From an uncultured Candidatus Saccharibacteria bacterium (GTDB taxonomy: Bacteria; Patescibacteriota; Minisyncoccia; Spechtbacterales; HO2-43-30), in NCBI GenBank assembly GCA_964504205.1, contig CAZDDE010000001.1, positions 58,473 to 122,472 of the forward strand: 64,000 bases of DNA, given 5' to 3'. Numbering within the stretch: the stretch's first letter is position 1; each line of letters opens with the position of its first letter. The notes under the pieces are model-generated. The model saw nothing but the letters and a program-made list of their open reading frames with translations, was not told where the DNA came from and made no database searches. The translations under genes were made by a program, and so were the position numbers. Of the stretch, positions 28,383 through 37,125 are shown piece by piece.

Positions 28383-28501
28383 CGACAATGTACTCTCGCC
28401 TTCGGCGAGAGCCCGGGGAAACCTTTGTTATGCCGTCCCGCTTCGCGGGACATGGCAAACTAAGGTAGGTTTCCCGCAAAAAGCCAAGCAGTTGGCTTTT
28501 T

Positions 28502-28575
28502 GCCCCTATAGCTCAACGGCAGAGCAATGGCCTTTTAAGCCACTGATGAAGGTTCGATTCCTTCTGGGGGCACCA
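28502..28575 (+). tRNA. tRNA-Lys(UUU)
   Basis: GCCCCTA/TGGGGGC acceptor stem, anticodon loop CTTTTAA, GGTTCGATTCC T-arm, encoded CCA. Confidence 0.95.
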
Positions 28576-28620
28576 GATAATACTTTCACGATCTTGGGGG
28601 AAAGAAAACTTTGGGATGAA

Positions 28621-29692
28621 TGACTAAATTTGGTTGATACTAAATAAGGGAAAGTAGCTCTTTTCCAAGCTCATTTGGTTGTTTTCTGCCATGATTCGCG
28701 TGTATGAAAACACTACACGCGAAATCTCCTTGTTGCCGAGGGAATATAAATCGTTTCGGCAAGCGTCGCAGACAATGTTCGATATGCAAGCGCACATGGC
28801 GCATCCGGCAAAAAAGCCGTGGCAGGAAGCGGAAACGCGTTGATCGCCGACTGGTTCACCGGATACTCGTCGAGCATCGGACTTTTCAGCATCACTGTCG
28901 CAAAGGAGCGATTTCACAAAGCGGTTTCAGCAAACGATTTTCAAAAGCCATCCGTTCCGATCCGCAACTCGGATCGCGCCTGCGTTTTCCATCTGGCCCA
29001 TACGCGCTATTGGGCGATGGCTTGTATTTCAAATTCAAACGGATGGACTGGGTAATGTATGTTATGGCGGTGAAGCCGGTTAAATCTCGTCGAGCTTTCT
29101 TTCTTGATCCTGTCTTGCTTCAAGGAAAAGAATGTTATGAGCGATGGCGCATGGCTTTAGATACACTGCGACCAGAGACCAAGAAGCGCATTAAGGCCTT
29201 TGTTTCCGATGGCTTTCGAGGATCCAAGCTCATCGCCAAGGAAGATGACTGGATTCATCAACGCTGTCATTTCCACCTCTTGATGGCGCTGATCCGCAGA
29301 CACGGCAGGCGATCGTATCGCACCAAGGGCGCGGGTATTCGTGAAAAATTGTTGGGAGTTGTTCGGATATTGCTTACTACTCCGGACAGTACCGCTTTGA
29401 AAAGGCAGACGCTTAAAGCCCGACGACTAATCTCACATCCGCTTTGTCCGCCTTGGATCCGCATCCAGACCGTTGAGTTTCTTCGCACCCTCGATGATTT
29501 CCGCGCTTATCTTATACATCCAGAATTGAATCTGCCGACAACCAACAACTCAATCGAATCCAGCGGAAAGATTATTAGAAAAGCAACAAGTACCGCGCGA
29601 ACACCGCAGTCGGTTCTACTTCGCGCGACGGCGTTTCTGCGGCTCAAGAAATCTATTACTTGCAACGGCAAATCTTCAACCAAATTACGTCA
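28621..29692 (+). mobile_element. Mutator/IS256-like insertion sequence (1072 bp) with 5-bp TSD ATGAA
   Basis: Imperfect terminal IRs TGACTAAATTTGGTTGA and TCAACCAAATTACGTCA (15/17); ATGAA at 28616-28620 and 29693-29697. Confidence 0.82.
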
Positions 29693-29696
29693 ATGA
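28704..29696 (+). CDS. DDE transposase (IS256/Mutator-like) with an N-terminal Zn ribbon
   Basis: CC..CxxC N-terminus; LGDG, FVSDG, QRCHFH (CxxH) and TTNNSIES. Confidence 0.85.
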   Translation: MKTLHAKSPCCRGNINRFGKRRRQCSICKRTWRIRQKSRGRKRKRVDRRLVHRILVEHRTFQHHCRKGAISQSGFSKRFSKAIRSDPQLGSRLRFPSGPYALLGDGLYFKFKRMDWVMYVMAVKPVKSRRAFFLDPVLLQGKECYERWRMALDTLRPETKKRIKAFVSDGFRGSKLIAKEDDWIHQRCHFHLLMALIRRHGRRSYRTKGAGIREKLLGVVRILLTTPDSTALKRQTLKARRLISHPLCPPWIRIQTVEFLRTLDDFRAYLIHPELNLPTTNNSIESSGKIIRKATSTARTPQSVLLRATAFLRLKKSITCNGKSSTKLRQ

Positions 29697-29840
29697 ACCC
29701 AAAACTTTTCATAAGATTCTTTCCAAGAGGCGGCGCGTGCCGCATCTTGACTTTTATGGTCTGATATACTATCTTTGATTGAAGCTTTGGCATGGTGCTG
29801 AAGCAGGAATCAACCTGTACCTTGAAAGGAGGATAGACAA

Positions 29841-30473
29841 GTGGAAAGAATCTACGCATTCCTTCCGTCCGTTTTGGTCATGGCCTGTATCGCTGGTGTC
29901 ACGTTTCTCTACGTGAAGTGGGTCATCAAGCGGTTCGGCGACAACTTCAAGAGCGTCGAGTGGCATGAGAAGAATCAGCGGAAGGTCATCTGGGCCGTCG
30001 GCACGCCACTGGCCCATGTGTGGGCACCAGCAGTGGAGGAATTGATCTTCCGCGCTCCACTCATCATCGCGTTTGGTGCGATGTCTTCAGTCGCATGGTA
30101 CGGAGTTTTCGCGTCAAGCGGGCTCTTCGCGTTATCACACTGGTTCGGAAAGAAAATCTGGATGCCAGATATTCTTTCCGCGCGAGAGAATGGCAACCAC
30201 AAGACAGACGATGTGGTGGCAGAAGCGAATCGGCTCCACGCAGAGGAGGGGAAGATGATTATGGTGCGTAAGGTGCTCCATGTTGTCTTCACTCTACCCC
30301 TCGGCATCTTGGCTGGATACTACGGTATCAAGTATCAATCCATCTGGGTGGCCTTCGGGATTCACTCGGTGTGGAACCTCGTCATGCCGATCGTGGTTTC
30401 AATCCTCATGCTCTTGGGAGTGCTCACCCTCGTCGGCATCTCGTCTCTGTGGGACAGAGTAAGGTCGTGGTAA
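29841..30473 (+). CDS. CPBP (CAAX protease/Abi) intramembrane glutamic endopeptidase
   Basis: APAVEELIFR (EExxxR), FALSH, HSVWN; SD AAAGGAGG; visibly GC-richer than core genes. Confidence 0.88.
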   Translation: MERIYAFLPSVLVMACIAGVTFLYVKWVIKRFGDNFKSVEWHEKNQRKVIWAVGTPLAHVWAPAVEELIFRAPLIIAFGAMSSVAWYGVFASSGLFALSHWFGKKIWMPDILSARENGNHKTDDVVAEANRLHAEEGKMIMVRKVLHVVFTLPLGILAGYYGIKYQSIWVAFGIHSVWNLVMPIVVSILMLLGVLTLVGISSLWDRVRSW

Positions 30474-30842
30474 CTCAGCAAACAGTCAAGCGAGCACAAC
30501 TCGCTCCATATAGCTCCTCGCTCACGCGCGGAGCTATTTCTTTTTAATAATTTGAAAGAACAAAGAATTTGCCGCCAAGACTGAAATTCGTTAGAATTTC
30601 AGTAATCCGAATGCCGCCAAAGAAAAACTTGAAATTGTCATTCGTGCGGCTCCGCCGCCTTTCCGGATTTTCGCGGGGGGACTTCCTCGCTCCGACGCAG
30701 GTCGGAGCGAAAGCGGTTCGGACTAATTCAAGTATCCTACATTTTAATCCGATATTATTAAGAAGGAGTACGCCGAGCCACTCGCTAAGAGGGTTTAAGC
30801 CCGAGCAGAACGCCACCTTAAACCTCTTCTGACCTGTCTTAA

Positions 30843-30882
30843 ATAAAAAAAACGTTCTGCCCGAGAATAATACGGCAGAACG
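30843..30882 (-). terminator. intrinsic terminator of the 30907..31401 gene
   Basis: ACGTTCTGCC/GGCAGAACGT stem with a + strand A-run (U-tract on the - strand). Confidence 0.65.
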
Positions 30883-30906
30883 TGCCTTACGCAATAGTTT
30901 TGTTTA

Positions 30907-31401
30907 TTAATCCTGCGCATCGCCTTTTTGCCAGGGAAGCTTTAGGACTTCACAAACTTTATACTCCCCGGTCTCCTCTTCCCTTTCAATACAACCAACA
31001 AGTTTTCCTTCCTCCGTCTTCTCTACGCACCAAGAAACGACAAGGAGCGCGTATTTTATCAATTCATCAGCGGTTTTACTGCCAGTTTTCGCGATTAAAT
31101 TGTTCAATGACTCTGTAGCAGCAAGACCACTTTGCTCCCTTGACGTTATTGTTACGCATCTTGCGCACCATTCTCCTATTTCCCCATCTTCTGTTCTATA
31201 TATTCGCAGCCTTCTCTGACATAATGGGTGGACGTAAAAGCTAGCAACAGAGCGACCCGGCTTAACAGATATATCCGTTTCCCCACAGTCTATTATTCCT
31301 AACCTTCTCGCTTTGGCGTTTATGTTGCCAAACATCTCAACCTCCGCTGTATCTTTGGCTAATTTACAACCTAGGGCTAGATTAACATTTCTTATGCCCA
31401 C
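30907..31401 (-). CDS. hypothetical protein (Cys-containing, 164 aa)
   Basis: Longest ORF in the interval, followed by a terminator; no recognised motif. Confidence 0.55.
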   Translation of the reverse strand: MGIRNVNLALGCKLAKDTAEVEMFGNINAKARRLGIIDCGETDISVKPGRSVASFYVHPLCQRRLRIYRTEDGEIGEWCARCVTITSREQSGLAATESLNNLIAKTGSKTADELIKYALLVVSWCVEKTEEGKLVGCIEREEETGEYKVCEVLKLPWQKGDAQD

Positions 31402-31504
31402 ATGTCAAGGCATTACGCCGCTTGACATACGCTTTATGCTGTGCTTCAATGGAGTCATAGTAGCTCGATAACAGCACATTTCACAACAGAAAGGAGCGAA
31501 AGTT

Positions 31505-31798
31505 ATGGCAAAGAAGATTCCCGGACTGAAACTGATCAGGCACAACGCCAGTGGCGTAGACTTGCCGGACGACCCGTCCTTCCCATTCAAGCTGGAGGCC
31601 AACTTCAGCTCCCCGAAGTTCATGGAGTTCGCGTTCGTTTCGATATGCGGTGGGAGCGAGGAAATCGTCGTGCGGGGCATGACGAAGGAGTCGCTGGACG
31701 AGTTCGTGGAGATGAACCATCTTAGCACTCATGCGAGGCTCCGTGGGCTCACGATAACCGGTCCCGACGGCATCGTGGAGCAAATACCGAAAGTCTAG
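31505..31798 (+). CDS. hypothetical protein (97 aa)
   Basis: SD GAAAGGAG, GC3-rich codon pattern in this frame, downstream terminator at about 31838-31882. Confidence 0.65.
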   Translation: MAKKIPGLKLIRHNASGVDLPDDPSFPFKLEANFSSPKFMEFAFVSICGGSEEIVVRGMTKESLDEFVEMNHLSTHARLRGLTITGPDGIVEQIPKV

Positions 31799-32028
31799 CT
31801 CCGCAACTCGAAGTGAGCCGAGCAAATGTTCACGCCAGGGCCCCTCGCGGAATTCAATTCTGCTTGGGGCTCTACTTTTTTCTAAAATTGAAAGATAATC
31901 ATGTTTTATCGGGCAGGGCCGAGATATGTGATATTGTTCGCTTGACACAAAGTATCGGCGGTGTTAATGTTAAGATAGTTTAGATAATTTACAGTACATG
32001 GCACATTAAAAATTTTGAGGGAGGTAAT

Positions 32029-32826
32029 ATGACTACTCCAGCCGACCGCAACAAGCAAGAAATAGTTTTTTTGGGTGAGCTATTAGAGCTATTAGGCCAC
32101 GGTGGTGCGATTGTAAAATGGCAGCGCGATGAACTAAAGGAAGTATTGCTTGCCAATCTTATACCCGATCGTGTTTCGGCAAAGTATACAGCAGTATTTG
32201 TCGTTGATATGATCAATGATTTCTGCAGGCCCGGCGGAGCTTTGTACGATCCGCGCATCGAAGCGATTATTCAACCTGTGGTTGACTTGCTTAAATCCGC
32301 GCATGCGCTCGGAGTTGAAAAATTTATCCTTGTTCAGGAGGGCCATTCGCCCGACGCAAAAGAGTTTAACCAGTTTCCTGCGCATGGCGTATGGGGGACT
32401 GAAGGTGCCGAAGTAATTGATGAAATAACGCGGCTTCCTTTTGCCCAAAAGTTTGTTGTTTTTCGCAAAAATGCCATCCCGCCGATATTTGCCCGCGAGC
32501 AAATCATGATTGCAAACCGCGTTCCCGCGCTTGGTATGACCATGGAGCAGTTTATGCGCCGTCTTGACGCAAAACTAGTCATTAACATTGGCGACTGCAC
32601 GGACCTTTGTGCGCGTGAAATGCCGATGTATCAAAAGTATTGGGCTAATCAGTTCCAGCGCGATTTGCGGATTATTGTCCCCGAAAACTGCGTCGCCACA
32701 TTTCACTTGGCAGTGGAAACCGCCAAACAACTCGGATTAAAATCGCATCCGGCGGAAGTAATGCATCTTCTCGCCCTTTATGAAATGTCCCGTCACGGAA
32801 TCGAAGTTGTGAAAAGGTTAGTGTAA
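32029..32826 (+). CDS. pncA: nicotinamidase/isochorismatase-family cysteine hydrolase
   Basis: VVDMINDF, GHS..EF..FPAHG, FRKN, GDCTDLC (D-K-C triad); adjacent to pncB. Confidence 0.82.
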   Translation: MTTPADRNKQEIVFLGELLELLGHGGAIVKWQRDELKEVLLANLIPDRVSAKYTAVFVVDMINDFCRPGGALYDPRIEAIIQPVVDLLKSAHALGVEKFILVQEGHSPDAKEFNQFPAHGVWGTEGAEVIDEITRLPFAQKFVVFRKNAIPPIFAREQIMIANRVPALGMTMEQFMRRLDAKLVINIGDCTDLCAREMPMYQKYWANQFQRDLRIIVPENCVATFHLAVETAKQLGLKSHPAEVMHLLALYEMSRHGIEVVKRLV

Positions 32827-34061
32827 TGGAACCGATTTTCAATTCACAGCTCGATGTAGATTTCTATAAATTTCCGATGGCACAGATGGTTTTTCATAAG
32901 TATCCCGATGTTCCCGTACGATATGCGCTAACGAACAGAACATCTGGCGTGAATCTAGCAGATCATATTCGCCAAGGGGATGTGCGATATGAACTGGATC
33001 ATGTACGCACGCTCCGATTTGGCAATAGTGATTTGCATTATCTTCGCGGCACAAATGAACATGGCATGCGCATGTTTGCGGAGGATTATCTTGATTTTCT
33101 GCGCACACTTCAACTGCCTCCTTACGACCTTTTTGTTTCTGCCGGCCAATTAAAACTGGAGTTTAGCGGCCGCTGGTGCGAGGCGATATATTGGGAGACG
33201 ATCGCTCTTTCTATAATTAACGAATTATATAACCGTTCGCAATTAAATCGGTTGAGCAAATTTGCACAGGATTTAGTATATGCCGAAGGCAAACAGCGAC
33301 TCGGAAAAAAGATCATACAATTGCGCCACGAGGCTTTTCCTGTGATGTTTTCTGATTTCGGCACGCGCCGCCGCTTTTCCCGCGAATGGCAAGATTATGT
33401 AATCGGCGTCTTGGTTGAAGAATTGCCGAAAAACTTTATTGGAACGTCCAATGTCGCGTTTGCCCAAAAGTATAACATAGTGCCGATGGGTACATCTGCA
33501 CATGAGCTTTATATGGCGATGGGCGCTATAATGGAAGCGCGCGGTAGAAGTGTTAAAGAAGCCCAACAGCAAGTTATGCAGGACTGGTGGGATGAATTCG
33601 GCTGGGGCTTGTCTATAGCTCTTACAGATACGTGGGGCACAGATTTTTTCTTTGAGCAAATGACTCATGAGCAGGCAAGAGACTGGAAGGGTTTAAGACA
33701 AGATTCTGGAGATCCTTTTGCGTTTGGGGAGAAAGCCTTGCGCTTTTACAAATTTCACAACGTTGATTCGCAGGGGAAAATGATTATTTTCAGTGATGGA
33801 TTAGATGTCGCGACGATGATTGAATTAAACAAACGGTTCCGTGATTACATACGTGTTAGTTTCGGATGGGGTACAAATCTCACTAACGACCTTGGAATTC
33901 CAGCGCTTTCGCTTGTGGTAAAGCTCATCGAAGCGATGGGCCGAGGAACCGTAAAGTTAAGCGATAATCTCGCGAAAGCCGTCGGCAGGGCAGAAGATAT
34001 AGAACGTTATAAACGAGAACTTGGCTACACAAATACATTCTTTCAAAACTGCAAATACTAA
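32826..34061 (+). CDS. pncB: nicotinate phosphoribosyltransferase
   Basis: DFYKFPM, DFGTRRR, GTSN, GTSAHE, RQDSGDP, FSDGL, FGWGTNLTND. Confidence 0.96.
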   Translation: MEPIFNSQLDVDFYKFPMAQMVFHKYPDVPVRYALTNRTSGVNLADHIRQGDVRYELDHVRTLRFGNSDLHYLRGTNEHGMRMFAEDYLDFLRTLQLPPYDLFVSAGQLKLEFSGRWCEAIYWETIALSIINELYNRSQLNRLSKFAQDLVYAEGKQRLGKKIIQLRHEAFPVMFSDFGTRRRFSREWQDYVIGVLVEELPKNFIGTSNVAFAQKYNIVPMGTSAHELYMAMGAIMEARGRSVKEAQQQVMQDWWDEFGWGLSIALTDTWGTDFFFEQMTHEQARDWKGLRQDSGDPFAFGEKALRFYKFHNVDSQGKMIIFSDGLDVATMIELNKRFRDYIRVSFGWGTNLTNDLGIPALSLVVKLIEAMGRGTVKLSDNLAKAVGRAEDIERYKRELGYTNTFFQNCKY

Positions 34062-34135
34062 CCCCGCTTGCCAAAGGCGGGTTTTTTGTTAGGATGATCT
34101 TAGAACCTTTAGCAAAACGCAAAACGGAGGCTAAG

Positions 34136-34768
34136 ATGGGAAATCGGGCAGTTTGGCTTGCGGCTGTTGACCATATAACCTATGTTGTTAGCCCACATAC
34201 GATCAAGCGATGGGCATGGTATTATACCGAAATCTTGGGCGGAAAACTCACTAAGAGAATAGATGATGTTGACCCCAAAGGCAAATCTAGTATGATGCTT
34301 TGGGAGATCGATTTTGGCAGTTTTGCAATCGCTCTTGTCGCTGGGATAGATCGTAAAGAGAAGTCGCACATCACCACTTTTTGGCGTATGCACGGCGACC
34401 GCACTGTTCAGCACGTCGCCTTTCGACCGCGAGGCGAAGATCTAGATGGCCTTAATGCACGCCTTGAGCAATACGGCGCTCGCTTTCAAGGCAAGCTTCT
34501 GGTTCGACAGGAAGGCGATGATTTAGTGAAACAAATCTTCTTAGCGCCGGCAGATGAGATGGTTAATCCGGCGGAGTCTAGTTTTGACGAGCTCCAACGC
34601 AGACCGGGCAAAGATTCACCAATAACATTTGATGAAAATGTCGCGGAAAATCTATACCACTCAGCTCAAGAACGGATGACGAGCGGTACCTGTGTGCCCA
34701 TGGTTGACTGGTCGCTGATGCCCAAGGACTGGGAGCCGCCAGAGCCAGAGCCAGAACCAGAAAGCTAG
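34136..34768 (+). CDS. stand-alone HPPD-like (VOC superfamily) Fe(II) dioxygenase domain
   Basis: VDHI, QHVAF, KQIF and DELQRR align by eye with the HPPD C-domain facial triad H/H/E; SD GGAGG. Confidence 0.7.
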   Translation: MGNRAVWLAAVDHITYVVSPHTIKRWAWYYTEILGGKLTKRIDDVDPKGKSSMMLWEIDFGSFAIALVAGIDRKEKSHITTFWRMHGDRTVQHVAFRPRGEDLDGLNARLEQYGARFQGKLLVRQEGDDLVKQIFLAPADEMVNPAESSFDELQRRPGKDSPITFDENVAENLYHSAQERMTSGTCVPMVDWSLMPKDWEPPEPEPEPES

Positions 34769-34810
34769 GGAAACCTAGCTTTTTTACTTCTCCTGTGATA
34801 TATTGTCCAC

Positions 34811-35473
34811 ATGACGCATCAAGATCAAAATATCAAAGTTGCCGTTGACATTGTCATTTTTACAATACTGGATAATGCCCTGCAGGTTATTTTAATTCAA
34901 ATGAAGAAACGGCCATTGACAAAAAAATGGGCTTTCCCGGGCGGGCTGATCGCGAATTCTGAATCTCTTGATGACGCGGCGAAACGAGAACTTGCCGAAA
35001 AAGCCGGCGTAAAAAATGTCTATCTTGAACAGCTTTATACTTTCGGCCACCCTAAGCGCGATCCGTATGGCCGGGTTGTATCTTGTGCCTATTTTGCGCT
35101 TATCAACAGCGAGAGCATCAAATTAGAGACAACCGAAAAATACTCTGGCGTTAAATGGTTTAATGTTAAAAAACTTCCAGAATTTGCGTACGATCATGTA
35201 AAGTTAGCAAAATATGCCCTCCAGCGCCTGCACTGGAAGCTTGAATATACTAATGTTGTCTATAGCCTTCTGCCGCGGCGTTTTACGCTTTCCAATTTGC
35301 GCCGTGTTTACGAAATAATTCTTGGTCGTAAAATAGACCGGCGCAATTTTCAGCGCAAAGTCCTTTCACTGAATTTGCTTAAAACAACACGGCGAAGACA
35401 ATTTGGCAAACATAGACCGGCAGTACTTTATGAATTTAAAATACGGAAACCAGCGATTGTGGAGGTATTGTAG
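34811..35473 (+). CDS. nrtR: NrtR-family regulator (Nudix + winged helix)
   Basis: VAVDIVIF, WAFPGG, LEQLYTFG..RDP.GRVVS.AY, AYDH, FTLS.L..VYE.ILG, RNFQRK, HRPAVLY. Confidence 0.9.
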   Translation: MTHQDQNIKVAVDIVIFTILDNALQVILIQMKKRPLTKKWAFPGGLIANSESLDDAAKRELAEKAGVKNVYLEQLYTFGHPKRDPYGRVVSCAYFALINSESIKLETTEKYSGVKWFNVKKLPEFAYDHVKLAKYALQRLHWKLEYTNVVYSLLPRRFTLSNLRRVYEIILGRKIDRRNFQRKVLSLNLLKTTRRRQFGKHRPAVLYEFKIRKPAIVEVL

Positions 35474-36465
35474 TGAACATCGAAAAATGGCGGAGCAATT
35501 TTATCCGATGCCCAAGCCGTTTGTGCAAAAATCCCAAAATGGGCTGGACTGTTGTGCGACAACTCGGTAACGGTCTTCGTGAGTATAAATGCTCTTGTTG
35601 CGCGAGGTCATTCTACTTTAATGTAAAGACTTGGCAGATGTTTCGCTGGCATCCCAAATATAGTTCCTTGAAATATCTGCCGTTTGCAAAGAGAATGGAT
35701 GAAACGGATCAAAACACCATTAATAGATTCTCGAGCCGCGCGCGAAAACTCGGCATTACCCCTGAATTTAATGCGCAAGATTGCGATTTTCTGCTCGTTC
35801 TTGGCGGCGATGGCACCATGCTTAAAGCGGTGCATAACTTTGCTGAATTCCATAAACCCTTTGTGGGTATAAATTATGGTCATCGCGGATTTCTGCTTAA
35901 CGAAAAGGACGAATTTTTCTTTGAAAAAATCCGCGACGAGGATTATGATATTTTCAGCGCGCCCTTACTTGAGGCAATAATCACAATGGAAGACAACAGC
36001 CAAGTTCGCGAACTCGCCCTGAACGACATCATAATCAGTGAAGATAGCGGACAAAGCGCCTTGCTTGAAGTCATGATCAACGACGTCATTCTTGACAGCG
36101 GCCTATTTGGCGATGGGTTGATTGTAAGCACGCCTCTTGGCTCCACGGCATACACAGCTAATGCCGGCGGCGTGCCAATAGCGCCAACCCTGCCAGTCCT
36201 TGAACTTACCCCGATTGCTCCTCAACCGCGGAATCGCATACCGCTCGTTGTGCCGGAAACGAGCATCGTTACGATAAAAGCGCTTGAATTGCCGAAACGC
36301 AAGGTAAAAGTTAATCAGGGGAGTATTTTTCAGCATAGTGATGTGTCCAAGGTAGAAGTGCGCCTTGCAAAGGAACGTGTCGAGTTAGTATTCTTTAAAC
36401 CGCGCGATATATCTTGGGACAACTTTTTCCTTGAGCGATTTTGCGAAAAAGTATATAAAGTATAA
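35473..36465 (+). CDS. nadK: NAD(+) kinase with an N-terminal Cys-rich extension
   Basis: LGGDGTML, GHRGFL, ALND, GDGLIVSTPLGSTAY. Confidence 0.9.
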   Translation: MNIEKWRSNFIRCPSRLCKNPKMGWTVVRQLGNGLREYKCSCCARSFYFNVKTWQMFRWHPKYSSLKYLPFAKRMDETDQNTINRFSSRARKLGITPEFNAQDCDFLLVLGGDGTMLKAVHNFAEFHKPFVGINYGHRGFLLNEKDEFFFEKIRDEDYDIFSAPLLEAIITMEDNSQVRELALNDIIISEDSGQSALLEVMINDVILDSGLFGDGLIVSTPLGSTAYTANAGGVPIAPTLPVLELTPIAPQPRNRIPLVVPETSIVTIKALELPKRKVKVNQGSIFQHSDVSKVEVRLAKERVELVFFKPRDISWDNFFLERFCEKVYKV

Positions 36466-36480
36466 AAGGAGCATTAAATT

Positions 36481-36837
36481 ATGCCGGAAGCACAACCAAG
36501 ATACACAACTGATTTAGATGCTTTGGCGAAGGAATGCGTATTTGAGTTCTTTCGATCTTCCGGTCCTGGCGGGCAGAACGTTAATAAAGTAGAGAGCGGC
36601 GTGCGCCTGCGGCACATTCCAAGCGGCATCACTATACGCGTGGAAGAAACACCCAGTCAGGCGCGCAACCGCGAGATTGCGTTTGAGCGATTGCGGGCGA
36701 TCTTGGAGAAGCTCAATAATCCACCCCCGAAACGCAAGCCCACTAAGATTCCTTTTCACGAAAAAATAAAAAGGCGCATTGAAAAACATCGTCGCAGTGA
36801 AGTAAAGGAGTTGCGTAAGCCGCCTGCTATTGACTAA
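36481..36837 (+). CDS. arfB: ArfB/YaeJ-like peptidyl-tRNA hydrolase (ribosome rescue)
   Basis: RSSGPGGQNVNK, SQARNRE, basic C-terminal tail RKPTK..RRIEKHRRS. Confidence 0.8.
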   Translation: MPEAQPRYTTDLDALAKECVFEFFRSSGPGGQNVNKVESGVRLRHIPSGITIRVEETPSQARNREIAFERLRAILEKLNNPPPKRKPTKIPFHEKIKRRIEKHRRSEVKELRKPPAID

Positions 36838-36894
36838 TTATAAAGAATGAGTTATGATTATATCAAGCAACTTTATTCAAGAAGGAGATGGAGA

Positions 36895-37098
36895 ATGATT
36901 GATTTTAAGGCGTGTCCAAGGTGCAGGGGGGATTTAACGGAGGATATAGATATGTACGGCAAGTATATCAAGTGCCTGCAGTGCGGTCATATTGTGACGG
37001 ATCTAGAAATTAAACAAACCGCACTGCAAGTTCAGCAGGAATTTCCACCGGTTGCCCACAAACCTCCAAAACATCCGGCAAAGCCAGGGGCGTTATAA
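36895..37098 (+). CDS. small Zn-ribbon protein
   Basis: CPRCRGD...CLQCGH; SD AAGGAG 7 nt before ATG 36895. Confidence 0.7.
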   Translation: MIDFKACPRCRGDLTEDIDMYGKYIKCLQCGHIVTDLEIKQTALQVQQEFPPVAHKPPKHPAKPGAL

Positions 37099-37125
37099 AT
37101 CGGCATAGCATACTCTCACCAAGTT

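Noticed and set aside
28410-28478. SRP (4.5S) RNA
   Set aside because: No CAGG-GNRA-AGCA domain IV motif on either strand.
31405-31948. Alternative ORFs 31481..31948(-), 31405..31728(-) and 31441..31725(+)
   Set aside because: 31505..31798(+) has the SD, the codon bias and the terminator; the others are overlapping shadows.
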